A stretch of 61,282 nucleotides of DNA, counting the filler. It is 5 parts of 5 records of this genome, joined end to end, with 100 filler letters (N's around TTAATTAATTAA, not from the genome) between each part and the next. Parts side by side here need not be neighbours in the genome. Positions count along the whole stretch, not along the records: positions 1 to 13,424 come from SRR31156797_22163; positions 13,525 to 23,323 come from SRR31156797_22171; 3 more parts are not named here. One strand, given 5' to 3'. Of the stretch, positions 10,141-18,683 are shown piece by piece (the first letter of the stretch is position 1; the number at the start of each line of letters is the position of its first letter). Below the pieces are notes generated by a model. It saw only the letters and a program-made list of their open reading frames with translations, was not told the DNA's origin and did not search any database. A program made the translations under genes and the position numbers.

Positions 10141-10554
10141 TCAATGACCATGGGCGTCTTTCACTGCATTTTTTCTCACATAATCCACGATGTGCTTAAG
10201 GGAAGAACCAGGACCGAAAAACTCGTCCAACCCCATGTCTTTTAATTGCGGAATGTGGTCGTGCGGAACCGTACCCCCGAGAATAACCAGAATATCGTCG
10301 GCTGAAGCCGCTTTGAGTCTGTTCAAAACTTCCGGCGCCAATACCATATGATTCCCGGAAAGCGTGCTGAGCCCCACCACATCCACGTCTTCCTGAATGG
10401 CGGTCTTGACAATAGCCTCGGAACTTTCATTGCCCAGGTAAATAACTTCCATGCCCGCGTCTCTCAAGGCCCTGGCCACGACCACGCTGCCGCGCCAGTG
10501 GGAGTCCATCCCGAGCCTGGCCAACAGAACTCTTATTTTTTTACTTCCAGTCAT
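10141..10554 (-). CDS. Cobalamin-binding small subunit of an acyl-CoA mutase
   Basis: DxHxxG (DSHWRG), LRDAGMEVIYLG, VGLSTLSGNH and LGGTVP motifs. Confidence 0.93.
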   Translation of the reverse strand: MTGSKKIRVLLARLGMDSHWRGSVVVARALRDAGMEVIYLGNESSEAIVKTAIQEDVDVVGLSTLSGNHMVLAPEVLNRLKAASADDILVILGGTVPHDHIPQLKDMGLDEFFGPGSSLKHIVDYVRKNAVKDAHGH

Positions 10555-10569
10555 TACTGCCTCCATAAC

Positions 10570-12336
10570 TCAAGTGAATAAAGGCGGATTCCATTGGCCA
10601 TGTACGGCCTTAAGCGTATCCGTGATCTCTCCGATGGATATCCGGTCGGTGGACGCCTTAACAATGGCTTCCATTAAATTCCCGCCCTTTTCATAGCAAC
10701 GCCTAATGTCATCCAGGGCTTTCATCGCCTTGACCGAATCCCTGTCCCTGCGCAGACGCGTAAGCTTTGCCTTCTGTATATCCAGGGTATTTTCCGGCGT
10801 TTCAAAAATCTCACACTTGAAAGGCTCCTTGTCCATTGTATGGCAATTAATTCCCACCACCGGCATTTCTCCGGATTCCACCTGTCTCTGATACTCATAG
10901 GCAGAATCGGAAATCATCCTGTGCACCCAGCCGTTTTCTACAGCACTGACCAACCCGCCCTGGGCGTCTATTTCTTCCAGGGTTTTCAATATCTGCTCTT
11001 CCAGTCTGTTGGTTAAATACTCCACGAAATAAGACCCGCCCAGCGGATCGATGTTATGGGTCGTCCGGGTTTCCAATTGTAAAATCTGCTGCGTCCTTAA
11101 GGCCGTTAATGCGGAAAGCTCTGTCGGCGTGCAAAGCGCCTCGTCAAAACCGTCCACATGAACCGACTGGGCGCCCCCCAAAACCGCGGCCAGGGCATGA
11201 TAAGCGGATCTGGCCACATTGTTTAAGGGCTGTTGCGCGGTCAAGGCAACGCCCGCGGTTTGAACATGAAAACGGAACATCAAAGATCTAGGGTTTTTAG
11301 GGCTGTAACGCTCTTCCATGATCCTGGCCCACAGCCGCCGGCCTGCCCTGTACTTGCCGATTTCCTCAAAAAAGTCATTATGCGCCGAAAGGAAGAAGCT
11401 CAGCCTTGGTGCGAATTCGTCAACATTGAATCCCCGGTCCAATAGTTCTTCAATACAGGATAAGGCATTGGCCATGACCAGGGCGATTTCCTGCACGGCG
11501 TCGCAACCGGCTTCCCGGTAGTTATACCCGGTAAAGCTGACCGGATTCCAACGTCTGGCCCGGCGCGTACAAAACTCAATAGCATCGCAGCAAATTTTGA
11601 AAGACGCCCCCGGCGGCGTAACTCCCGGCGCCGTTGTCACCGCGGTTTCCATTAAAAAATCGTTCTGGCTCGTACCGCTCAACACGTTCAGGTCGATTCC
11701 CCGATTTATCGCATTGGCAAAATACATTGATTGGACGGAAATATTACATATGGGATTGCAGGTCACCAGGGAAGCGCTGGTCTTTTCTATGGGAATTCCG
11801 TCAAACAACGCCGCCACGTCTTCGAGATGATCAATGGCCGCTCCGCCCCGGCCGACATCGCCGTACACATCCGGGTGGTCTGAATCGTAACCGCGCAGGG
11901 TAGGGTAGTCGAACACGCCGTTTATGCCCGTTGCCCCGGCCTCAAGTAATAATCTATAGCGCTTGTTGGTCTCCTCGGGAGGACCGTAACCCGCCAACTG
12001 GCGCTGAGTCCATGTGCGGCCTCGGTACATACTTGGATAGACGCCGCGGATATAGGGCTCCTCACCCGGAAATCCCAGGTCTTTTAGATAATCGAAATTC
12101 ACCATATCCGCCGGAGTGCACACTGGAGGTATGCTGATTCCGGACAAGGTCTTAAATTCTTTCAACCTCTCTTTTGTCTTGGCATATGTAGTATTTTTCC
12201 ATTGTTCCGCGGCCAGGCCGATCCGAACCGCGTATTTTTCAGGTAAAAGGGCTCCGCCGTCGCTCTTCGTCCCAGGGTTTTGTTCGGGCGCCGGTTCATC
12301 AATCCGGTTTTGTTGGTCCAATTTTTCCAGGCTCAT
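10570..12336 (-). CDS. B12-dependent acyl-CoA mutase, large subunit (MCM superfamily, non-MCM specificity residues)
   Basis: PYIRGVYPSMYRGRTWT, FDYPTLRGYDSD, FRFHVQTAG and DPLGGSYFVE motifs; AGGAGG RBS. Confidence 0.92.
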   Translation of the reverse strand: MSLEKLDQQNRIDEPAPEQNPGTKSDGGALLPEKYAVRIGLAAEQWKNTTYAKTKERLKEFKTLSGISIPPVCTPADMVNFDYLKDLGFPGEEPYIRGVYPSMYRGRTWTQRQLAGYGPPEETNKRYRLLLEAGATGINGVFDYPTLRGYDSDHPDVYGDVGRGGAAIDHLEDVAALFDGIPIEKTSASLVTCNPICNISVQSMYFANAINRGIDLNVLSGTSQNDFLMETAVTTAPGVTPPGASFKICCDAIEFCTRRARRWNPVSFTGYNYREAGCDAVQEIALVMANALSCIEELLDRGFNVDEFAPRLSFFLSAHNDFFEEIGKYRAGRRLWARIMEERYSPKNPRSLMFRFHVQTAGVALTAQQPLNNVARSAYHALAAVLGGAQSVHVDGFDEALCTPTELSALTALRTQQILQLETRTTHNIDPLGGSYFVEYLTNRLEEQILKTLEEIDAQGGLVSAVENGWVHRMISDSAYEYQRQVESGEMPVVGINCHTMDKEPFKCEIFETPENTLDIQKAKLTRLRRDRDSVKAMKALDDIRRCYEKGGNLMEAIVKASTDRISIGEITDTLKAVHGQWNPPLFT

Positions 12337-12382
12337 TCTTAACCTCCTTATGGTCATAAGGCGCGACGGCCAAATCGCTTTC

Positions 12383-12562
12383 CAATTAATCGGTTAATTG
12401 AAATTGAAGTAAAAATATATTTAATTAATCGATTGATTAGTTAAGAGATAAAACATACAAATTCTGTCATATTAACTCAATTTTTAAATTATTTAATTAC
12501 TGTCTATATTATGTTGGAAACATACTCAAAAGATTAAGAATCATTAATTAATCGTATGATTA
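12383..12562. promoter_or_regulatory. Three putative TetR operators upstream of the mutase operon
   Basis: CAATTAATCGGTTAATTG (12383), TAATTAATCGATTGATTA (12422) and TAATTAATCGTATGATTA (12545). Confidence 0.7.
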
Positions 12563-12584
12563 AATAATGGTGAAAAAAAATTTA

Positions 12585-13160
12585 TCAGGTCGCCAGGCCT
12601 TTCATAAACAGTTTCTCTATTTCATCCACGATTTCCTCACGACTCAGTTTGCCTGTTTCCCTGGTCCATTGAATGTTCCAGGAAATTATGCCTTCCAGGG
12701 AATTGAATATAACAGCGGAATTTATATCGTTCAATATCCCGGCCCCGACCAGCTTGACTATCTTCTCCCTGAACAGGTGATAGATTCTGCGGTTGATGTT
12801 CTTTATTTCATCCCGGTGCTCCGGCTTTAGCCAGTAAAAATCTATGGCCCAGATTTTTGTTTCCTTCCTGTAAGTTATAATGTGAAGCCGCAAATGGGTT
12901 CTAAGCATGGCTTTCAAACAATCCAGCGGATCTGTATGTCTTTTTTCCACCTCCAAAAGAGCCTCCAGGATATCAACCGCCCCGGATTTGATAACTTCAA
13001 ACAGCAAACCTTCCTTGTCTTTGAAATAATAATAAATATTCGCGCTGTTCAAACCGGTTTCCTGGGCGATCTGCCTGATGCTGGTGTCGGCGTAACCCCT
13101 TTCATAGAACAAATCCGTGGAATATTTTATTAATCTGTTGCGTGTATTCGACCTGGCCAC
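12585..13160 (-). CDS. TetR/AcrR-family regulator (GTG start)
   Basis: LFYERGYADTSIRQIAQETGLNSANIYYYFKDKEGLL HTH. Confidence 0.94.
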   Translation of the reverse strand: MARSNTRNRLIKYSTDLFYERGYADTSIRQIAQETGLNSANIYYYFKDKEGLLFEVIKSGAVDILEALLEVEKRHTDPLDCLKAMLRTHLRLHIITYRKETKIWAIDFYWLKPEHRDEIKNINRRIYHLFREKIVKLVGAGILNDINSAVIFNSLEGIISWNIQWTRETGKLSREEIVDEIEKLFMKGLAT

Positions 13161-13203
13161 GTATCCCCGCTGTTATTTCAACTGTAAGAATTGACGGCTC
13201 CAA

Positions 13204-13241
13204 ATTTTAATCAATTGATTAATTGATAAACCGTATGCTTA
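13204..13241. promoter_or_regulatory. Putative TetR autoregulatory sites
   Basis: TTAATCAATTGATTAA palindrome, plus TGATAAACCGTATGCTTA (14/18 identical to the 12545 site). Confidence 0.55.
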
Positions 13242-13424
13242 TATATGTCAAATAGATAATGGCATGACCGGGGATCTGTTATGAATAATGTTTTCAACTT
13301 GTTGAAATTAAATGATATTAATATTTCAAGCAGCGGCGTTTGTTTCATGAAAGCTGGGCGACCGTTGTATAACTTACTGTTTAAAATCCTGAATATCTGC
13401 GCCTGCACCTTCCGAATAAGTGTA

Positions 13425-13524
13425 NNNNNNNNNNNNNNNNNNNNNNNNNNNNNNNNNNNNNNNNNNNNTTAATTAATTAANNNNNNNNNNNNNNNNNNNN
13501 NNNNNNNNNNNNNNNNNNNNNNNN
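13425..13524. other. Artificial contig linker
   Basis: N44-TTAATTAATTAA-N44, with stops in all six frames. Confidence 0.98.
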
Positions 13525-13582
13525 GCCTCCTCAGCGCATCCCGGCGCTCCAGTAAGTCTTTTACCTGGTCTTGTAATATCAT
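13525..13582 (-). CDS. prfB: Peptide chain release factor 2, N-terminal 19 codons (truncated by the linker just before the +1 frameshift site)
   Basis: Reads MILQDQVKDLLERRDALRR and ends CTG AGG AGG C; matches Bacteroidota RF2 starts and the internal SD of the frameshift cassette. Confidence 0.75.
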
Positions 13583-13794
13583 CAATTTATCCTTATTTAA
13601 TCAGTAAACAAAGGTAGTAAGTTTTTTTAGGTATAAAGGTGTACCGAAGAGGTCTATATAATTTATAATTGGGTTTGTTAATTGCTAATATGATTCTTGC
13701 TTTTTGTGTTATTTCGCTTTCAAAATATTTCCCTCCTTCTGAATTGTACACTTTATAACATTCCATTGTTTTCATGATAATAATAAATGCAATA

Positions 13795-14922
13795 TCAAAT
13801 GGTTCTATTATTTATTCCAAAGAGTGGCCTTAATACACCAATTCTTTTTATGAAATATTCATAAAGAAGCCATGAAATACCAAAGGTCCCGATAACCATA
13901 ATGACCATTTTTATGGAATAATGAATGGAATGATCCTTTAATATATATCCGAGAAAAAGAGTAATGGTAAAATGCAAAATATAAAATGGATAAACAGCTG
14001 TATTTCTGTATGATAAAATATTGCTTTTTCTGTTTAAATATGTTGAACTATATCCAAAAATGGCGAGTATCCAGCTCCAAACATTTAATGGTTTAAGTAC
14101 TTGAACCAATACCGGGCTTTCATTTTTTGAAAGCATAAATAGAACATATATTGAAGCGAATATTCCAACCAACAAGGATAAACGTCTTATTTTTATGACA
14201 GCATTCCAGAGTGAATCTCCCAGGTTTGCCAGGAAAAATCCAATAAACAGACATGCGAAATAATAACTAAAAGCATACCAATCGTTTATTAAATTCATGG
14301 TTAATGGGAACTTCGATTCCAGTGTAATTTCAATTACAATTAGTGGAAAAACAAACACGTATAAATAAGTGGGTGATTTTTCAATTAACGATTTAAAAAA
14401 GGAAAAACAATTCTTTCCCTTATCTCGAAGAAGAACGAAAACTGGCAATGCAATAACCGACATAACCAGTAAATAAACTAAAAACCAGAGGTGCCCCCAG
14501 CTAAAATTTCCTTCGGGGTATGTATCTTGAAAAATTGAAGGGTAAAATTCAAAAAAGGAATTAAATTCTACACCTTGTACAAGTCGTTCTAAATAGACCT
14601 GAGGTGGTACGATTAAGAACATGCCTGCTAGTAATGGGATGAATAAACGAATAAAACGGTTTTTCAGGTATTTTAAACCTGTTTTTGAAGACAGAGAAAA
14701 ACGTGTGCCAATTCCGGAAACCAGGAAAAGAATGGGCAGCCTCCATTGCCGTACAAAAAGCATTGGCCATATTAACCAACTTACCTGAATATTGTTTTTT
14801 AATGGTAAATCCCATGGGACAAGGTTTTCCCAGGAAACAAAAAATAAACCTACATGCCAGAATATTAATATATCAAAAACAATTACCCTAATCCAATCGA
14901 TGTCGTATCTTCTCTTGTTCAT
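13795..14922 (-). CDS. Acyltransferase family 3 (OpgC/MdoC-like) membrane protein
   Basis: RRYDIDWIR, QWRLPILFLVSG, HLWFL and YPFYILH motifs; multiple TM segments. Confidence 0.88.
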   Translation of the reverse strand: MNKRRYDIDWIRVIVFDILIFWHVGLFFVSWENLVPWDLPLKNNIQVSWLIWPMLFVRQWRLPILFLVSGIGTRFSLSSKTGLKYLKNRFIRLFIPLLAGMFLIVPPQVYLERLVQGVEFNSFFEFYPSIFQDTYPEGNFSWGHLWFLVYLLVMSVIALPVFVLLRDKGKNCFSFFKSLIEKSPTYLYVFVFPLIVIEITLESKFPLTMNLINDWYAFSYYFACLFIGFFLANLGDSLWNAVIKIRRLSLLVGIFASIYVLFMLSKNESPVLVQVLKPLNVWSWILAIFGYSSTYLNRKSNILSYRNTAVYPFYILHFTITLFLGYILKDHSIHYSIKMVIMVIGTFGISWLLYEYFIKRIGVLRPLFGINNRTI

Positions 14923-14971
14923 ATTTTTTTTCTGCAATAATAGGAATAGGAAAAGGGAGTTTTGAAAATCA

Positions 14972-15045
14972 GTGATCAACGGGTACAAAAAGTGCCAAAA
15001 GGGAATTTAATTTCGTGAATAGGAAGTTAATGTGACAAACAGGAA
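14972..15045 (-). promoter_or_regulatory. Four direct repeats with 20-bp period, putative LytTR binding array
   Basis: GTGATCAACGGGTA, GTGCCAAAAGGGAA, TTCGTGAATAGGAA and GTGACAAACAGGAA at 14972/14992/15012/15032. Confidence 0.65.
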
Positions 15046-15051
15046 AGGATT

Positions 15052-15930
15052 TTAGATTTTGGTTAAAAGTTTTTCTCTGGGGAAATTTCTTGAAACCGGA
15101 ATATCAAAATCAAGCCCATCGAGACGAACAGTCACCGAACGGGCATTTCCCTGAAAAGACAAAACCTTGTCGAGATTAATGATAAAAGATTTATGACACC
15201 TGACTATATTGTAGGTGTTATTTGTTACTTCCAGAATTCCTGCCAGGGTATGCCTGATTATCTCTTTTTTAAGAGCAGATTTTTCCTGCCAAAATACCGA
15301 TACATAATTACCACCCTCTGCTTTCACGCATATAATATCGGCGGAACTAATAGTTAATAAAGTATTTTTACTCGATTTAAGTTCGATTAGCAATTCACTT
15401 TTAACCTCATTTGTGCCCTTTATTTTTTCACTGATTTTTCCTGCTTTAATCCGGTTTTTTTCAAAAAGCCTTTTTTCTATAAAATATAAGGCAAAAACAA
15501 CGGGTATAATACCTATTGAAAAAGTCATGCTAATCCAGGAAAAAAAACCGGTTCTGTTCAGGTCTCTGAGTCCCTCAATATACGATTCGTTAACAAGATA
15601 TTCTCCATAAAAAAAATTAGAAAGTGAAATGGTAAACAAAATCCAAAGAATAAACAGGAAATTTTTACCGGTCGTCCAATTGGTGCTCTTTTGTAATGAA
15701 TACAACTTGTGAAAAATATACAGATTGAGCGCTGTAACAACAAAACTAATCAAAGCAAAACCAAACAAAAAAAGGAAGATACCATCGTACGATTCAATAC
15801 CGAATGGTTTTATTAATAGAAGAATACCAAGAACAACAACGCCTGAACCCAACGAAATAAGAAGTATATCTCTTATCGATTCAATCATTGGAAATGGTTT
15901 TTTAAACCATGCAATAAATTGATTTCTCAT
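15052..15930 (-). CDS. Membrane-anchored LytTR-domain regulator
   Basis: About four N-terminal TM helices; AEGGNYV, RCHKSFIINL and IPVSR LytTR motifs. Confidence 0.9.
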   Translation of the reverse strand: MRNQFIAWFKKPFPMIESIRDILLISLGSGVVVLGILLLIKPFGIESYDGIFLFLFGFALISFVVTALNLYIFHKLYSLQKSTNWTTGKNFLFILWILFTISLSNFFYGEYLVNESYIEGLRDLNRTGFFSWISMTFSIGIIPVVFALYFIEKRLFEKNRIKAGKISEKIKGTNEVKSELLIELKSSKNTLLTISSADIICVKAEGGNYVSVFWQEKSALKKEIIRHTLAGILEVTNNTYNIVRCHKSFIINLDKVLSFQGNARSVTVRLDGLDFDIPVSRNFPREKLLTKI

Positions 15931-16030
15931 GGATACTAACCGTTTGTAATTTTTTTAAAGATGTTGAATATAATAGAAATACGGTGTTTTTAAAAGGGCA
16001 TCAATTAATTATTTGTATGGAGTTGTTTAT

Positions 16031-17044
16031 TTATTTAAATGTATCAGTCGTTTCATATTCATACGGTAATGCATCTCCGATTCGTTTTGTCGACATTTCT
16101 CCTTCCCATAAAATGCCCAATGAATTAAAACCCGATTTGTCGAAATATATTCTTTGGATTAGAGGGATCATTGTACTTGTACTTAAATTGTAAATTATAT
16201 TTACTGTACCTGGGTACGATATAAATTTTCTGTATTGTTCTTGCGAATTTTGCAGATTACCAACCGACTGAATTACAATATTGTTATAGTTCAGGTTTTG
16301 CTCTTCAGTATTTTTCATAATAAAACCTTCAGTCAATAAATCGTCTTTCCACAGGCTTCTTAGGAAATGCATTCTTGAGCCCAAATAAGCCTCTTTTCTT
16401 TTTTCCTCATACAGCTTTTTGTCAGCATCGGTGGTTATTAAATCTTCATTGAAAATAATATTACCGTTGTAAATAAAGGCTTTACTTTCTTTGTAATATT
16501 CAAATTTATCGAGGTAGTATGTAATACTGTATCCCAGTGCTTTATTTTTAATTATTATTGGTTTTGATGCATAAGCTTTTAAGGTATCGCGGTCGTTGCC
16601 ATAGTTAAAATAAATATCCTCTTCGTTTTCAATTTCACAACTAAATGCATTTGCAGTTGTTCCAAGAAATTCTTTTTTAAATACTTTCATGTTTGCTCTT
16701 TTTTTTCTGACCAGCGATTTGGCTGAAACTACAATTTCTTCCATTTCAATTAATTTGGGTTTCAGGTAAACCAGTAAAGGCTCGTCGGTGGCAAAATCGG
16801 AAAGTGTACGTGAATTGTACCCCATGCAACTTATCGATAGCGGCATTGATGCATTTTTAGAAATATCTAAAGTGAAATTCCCATTAATATCTGATGTTGT
16901 TCCTACAAAAGTTCCATTAAAATAAACGGCTGCAAAAGCTACTTTTTCTTCTGTCTCTTTGTTTAAAATTGTTCCATTAACTATTTGGCTATATGAAGTT
17001 ATTTGAAAACATAAAGTAAGAATTATCAGAATTATTTTTTTCAT
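16031..17044 (-). CDS. Secreted CarboxypepD_reg-like domain protein
   Basis: Signal peptide followed by GTILNKET..VYFNGTFVGTTSDINGNF..SCMGY; typical of Bacteroidota. Confidence 0.8.
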   Translation of the reverse strand: MKKIILIILTLCFQITSYSQIVNGTILNKETEEKVAFAAVYFNGTFVGTTSDINGNFTLDISKNASMPLSISCMGYNSRTLSDFATDEPLLVYLKPKLIEMEEIVVSAKSLVRKKRANMKVFKKEFLGTTANAFSCEIENEEDIYFNYGNDRDTLKAYASKPIIIKNKALGYSITYYLDKFEYYKESKAFIYNGNIIFNEDLITTDADKKLYEEKRKEAYLGSRMHFLRSLWKDDLLTEGFIMKNTEEQNLNYNNIVIQSVGNLQNSQEQYRKFISYPGTVNIIYNLSTSTMIPLIQRIYFDKSGFNSLGILWEGEMSTKRIGDALPYEYETTDTFK

Positions 17045-17304
17045 AAAATTGTTGTTAAGTCAGGATGAATATAAAATTCGATAACTGCAGTTGTGGGGAA
17101 TAAATGGTTTTTATTATCAGGTTCAATTTGGTTTTTATTTGGTTCAATATATTCCTGTTTTTCAGGCGTTTTTTTTAGACTAAAGAAGTTAAGATAAGTT
17201 TACCTGGTGAGTTATAATTTCAATATGAAATAAATTTTATAGATATGCAAGTTGATTGAAAATTAACCTGAAATAATAGTTTTGTGAAGGAAATTATAAA
17301 CCTA

Positions 17305-17775
17305 TTATTTCAATACTTCGTTTAAATAACGGTGTATTAATTGGGGCTCAAATCCGCGACTTTGTGTAAAACGAATTACCTGACCCATTTTTTCAAACTT
17401 GTTTTTTTTGTTAACTTTTTTTGCTTTTTCTTTCATGGTTTTCAGCAAAACATCTTTGTACTTTTTTTCATCAATTTCATCGAGGGCAGATTCAATAATC
17501 TCATTGTTTAATCCTTTTGCCCGCAGGTAATGTTTAATTTTAATTTTTCCCCATTTATTTATTTTGAATTTATCGGCTACATAAAATTTGCTGTATCGGT
17601 TGTCGTCGATATATTTTTCTGAGGTAAGGTATTCCAGTATTTCTTCAGCTTCATCATTGTCAAATCCGGCGGCTATTATTTTTTTTCTGATATCGGGTGA
17701 ACATTGTTCTGAGCGGCTGCATAAAACGGCCATTCGCGAGATTATTTCTTTCTTTTTGCTTTCTTCGGTTGACAT
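17305..17775 (-). CDS. recX: Regulatory protein RecX
   Basis: CSRSEQC, YIDDNRY, NKWGKIKIKHYLRAKG and SRGFE motifs. Confidence 0.9.
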   Translation of the reverse strand: MSTEESKKKEIISRMAVLCSRSEQCSPDIRKKIIAAGFDNDEAEEILEYLTSEKYIDDNRYSKFYVADKFKINKWGKIKIKHYLRAKGLNNEIIESALDEIDEKKYKDVLLKTMKEKAKKVNKKNKFEKMGQVIRFTQSRGFEPQLIHRYLNEVLK

Positions 17776-17879
17776 GATAATGGGTTGGTTTTGAATATTC
17801 CACATAAATATAATGAAAAATCCTTCAACCTTTTAAACGGAATGAAATGAAAAACAGAAACCCGGAAATAGTCTGGTTT

Positions 17880-18608
17880 TTACAATTCATCATGAAACGA
17901 TTTTTCCTCTTTTACCCCGGTAAAAAATTCAGTTAGATCGGCCAGTGTAGATGCTGTTTTTTGTACATCGCGCACTACTTTTCCTTTTTCGAGAATAACA
18001 ATGCGTGAACAAACATCGGCAACATGATCGAGGTCGTGGCTCGAAATCATAAATGTTTTTCCTTTATTTGAAGCAAATTCCTTGATAATATTTCGGAGTT
18101 TAAATTGTGAAGTTGGATCGAGGTTGGCAAAAGGTTCGTCTAAAACCACCAGTTCCGGATTTCCCATTAATGCGCCAACTACACCTACTTTTTTTTGGTT
18201 CCCTTTTGAAAGGTCGCGGATAAATTTCTTTTTCCCGATAATTTCGTCGTTAAAAAACTCGGTAAAATTATCCAGGAATCCGGAGATATCATTGGTATTC
18301 ATTTCGCGCAGTTCGCCAATAAAGTTAAAGTATTCATCGGGAGTAAGGTACCCAATTGTGAAGCTTTCGTCGATGTATGCGCTGGTTAGCGTTTTCCATT
18401 CTTCCGATTTTGCAACCGGAATTTCATCGATAGAAACACTTCCGTTTGAAGCTCGTATTAAATCGAGCACCAGCGAAAAGAAAGTGGTTTTGCCGGCTCC
18501 GTTGTTTCCCACTAACCCGAAAACTTCGCCTTTTTTAATTGTTAATTCCGGAAGATCAAGAACCACTGTTCCTTTATATGATTTTTGTAAATTAATTGCT
18601 TGTATCAT
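17880..18608 (-). CDS. ABC transporter ATP-binding protein
   Basis: GNNGAGKT, LSKGN, VLDEP and SSHD motifs. Confidence 0.95.
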   Translation of the reverse strand: MIQAINLQKSYKGTVVLDLPELTIKKGEVFGLVGNNGAGKTTFFSLVLDLIRASNGSVSIDEIPVAKSEEWKTLTSAYIDESFTIGYLTPDEYFNFIGELREMNTNDISGFLDNFTEFFNDEIIGKKKFIRDLSKGNQKKVGVVGALMGNPELVVLDEPFANLDPTSQFKLRNIIKEFASNKGKTFMISSHDLDHVADVCSRIVILEKGKVVRDVQKTASTLADLTEFFTGVKEEKSFHDEL

Positions 18609-18683
18609 TGAAGTATTTATTATTGTTGATTGATTATTTAATCTTTTCTTCTGCCTTCTGTCTTCCGACTTCTAACTTCAAAC

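Noticed and set aside
10570-12336. Annotation as methylmalonyl-CoA mutase (mcm/scpA)
   Set aside because: The Tyr89, Arg207 and His244 equivalents are Leu, Thr and Asn
12383-12562. TTAATTAA-containing sites as linker artefacts
   Set aside because: They are not flanked by Ns and extend into an 18-bp palindrome, so they were kept as operators
13469-13480. TTAATTAATTAA recurring four times as a biological repeat
   Set aside because: It is always centred in N44 runs and is a standard six-frame-stop contig spacer
14972-15045. CRISPR-like array
   Set aside because: The repeats are degenerate with a 20-bp period, leaving no room for spacers, and there are no cas genes
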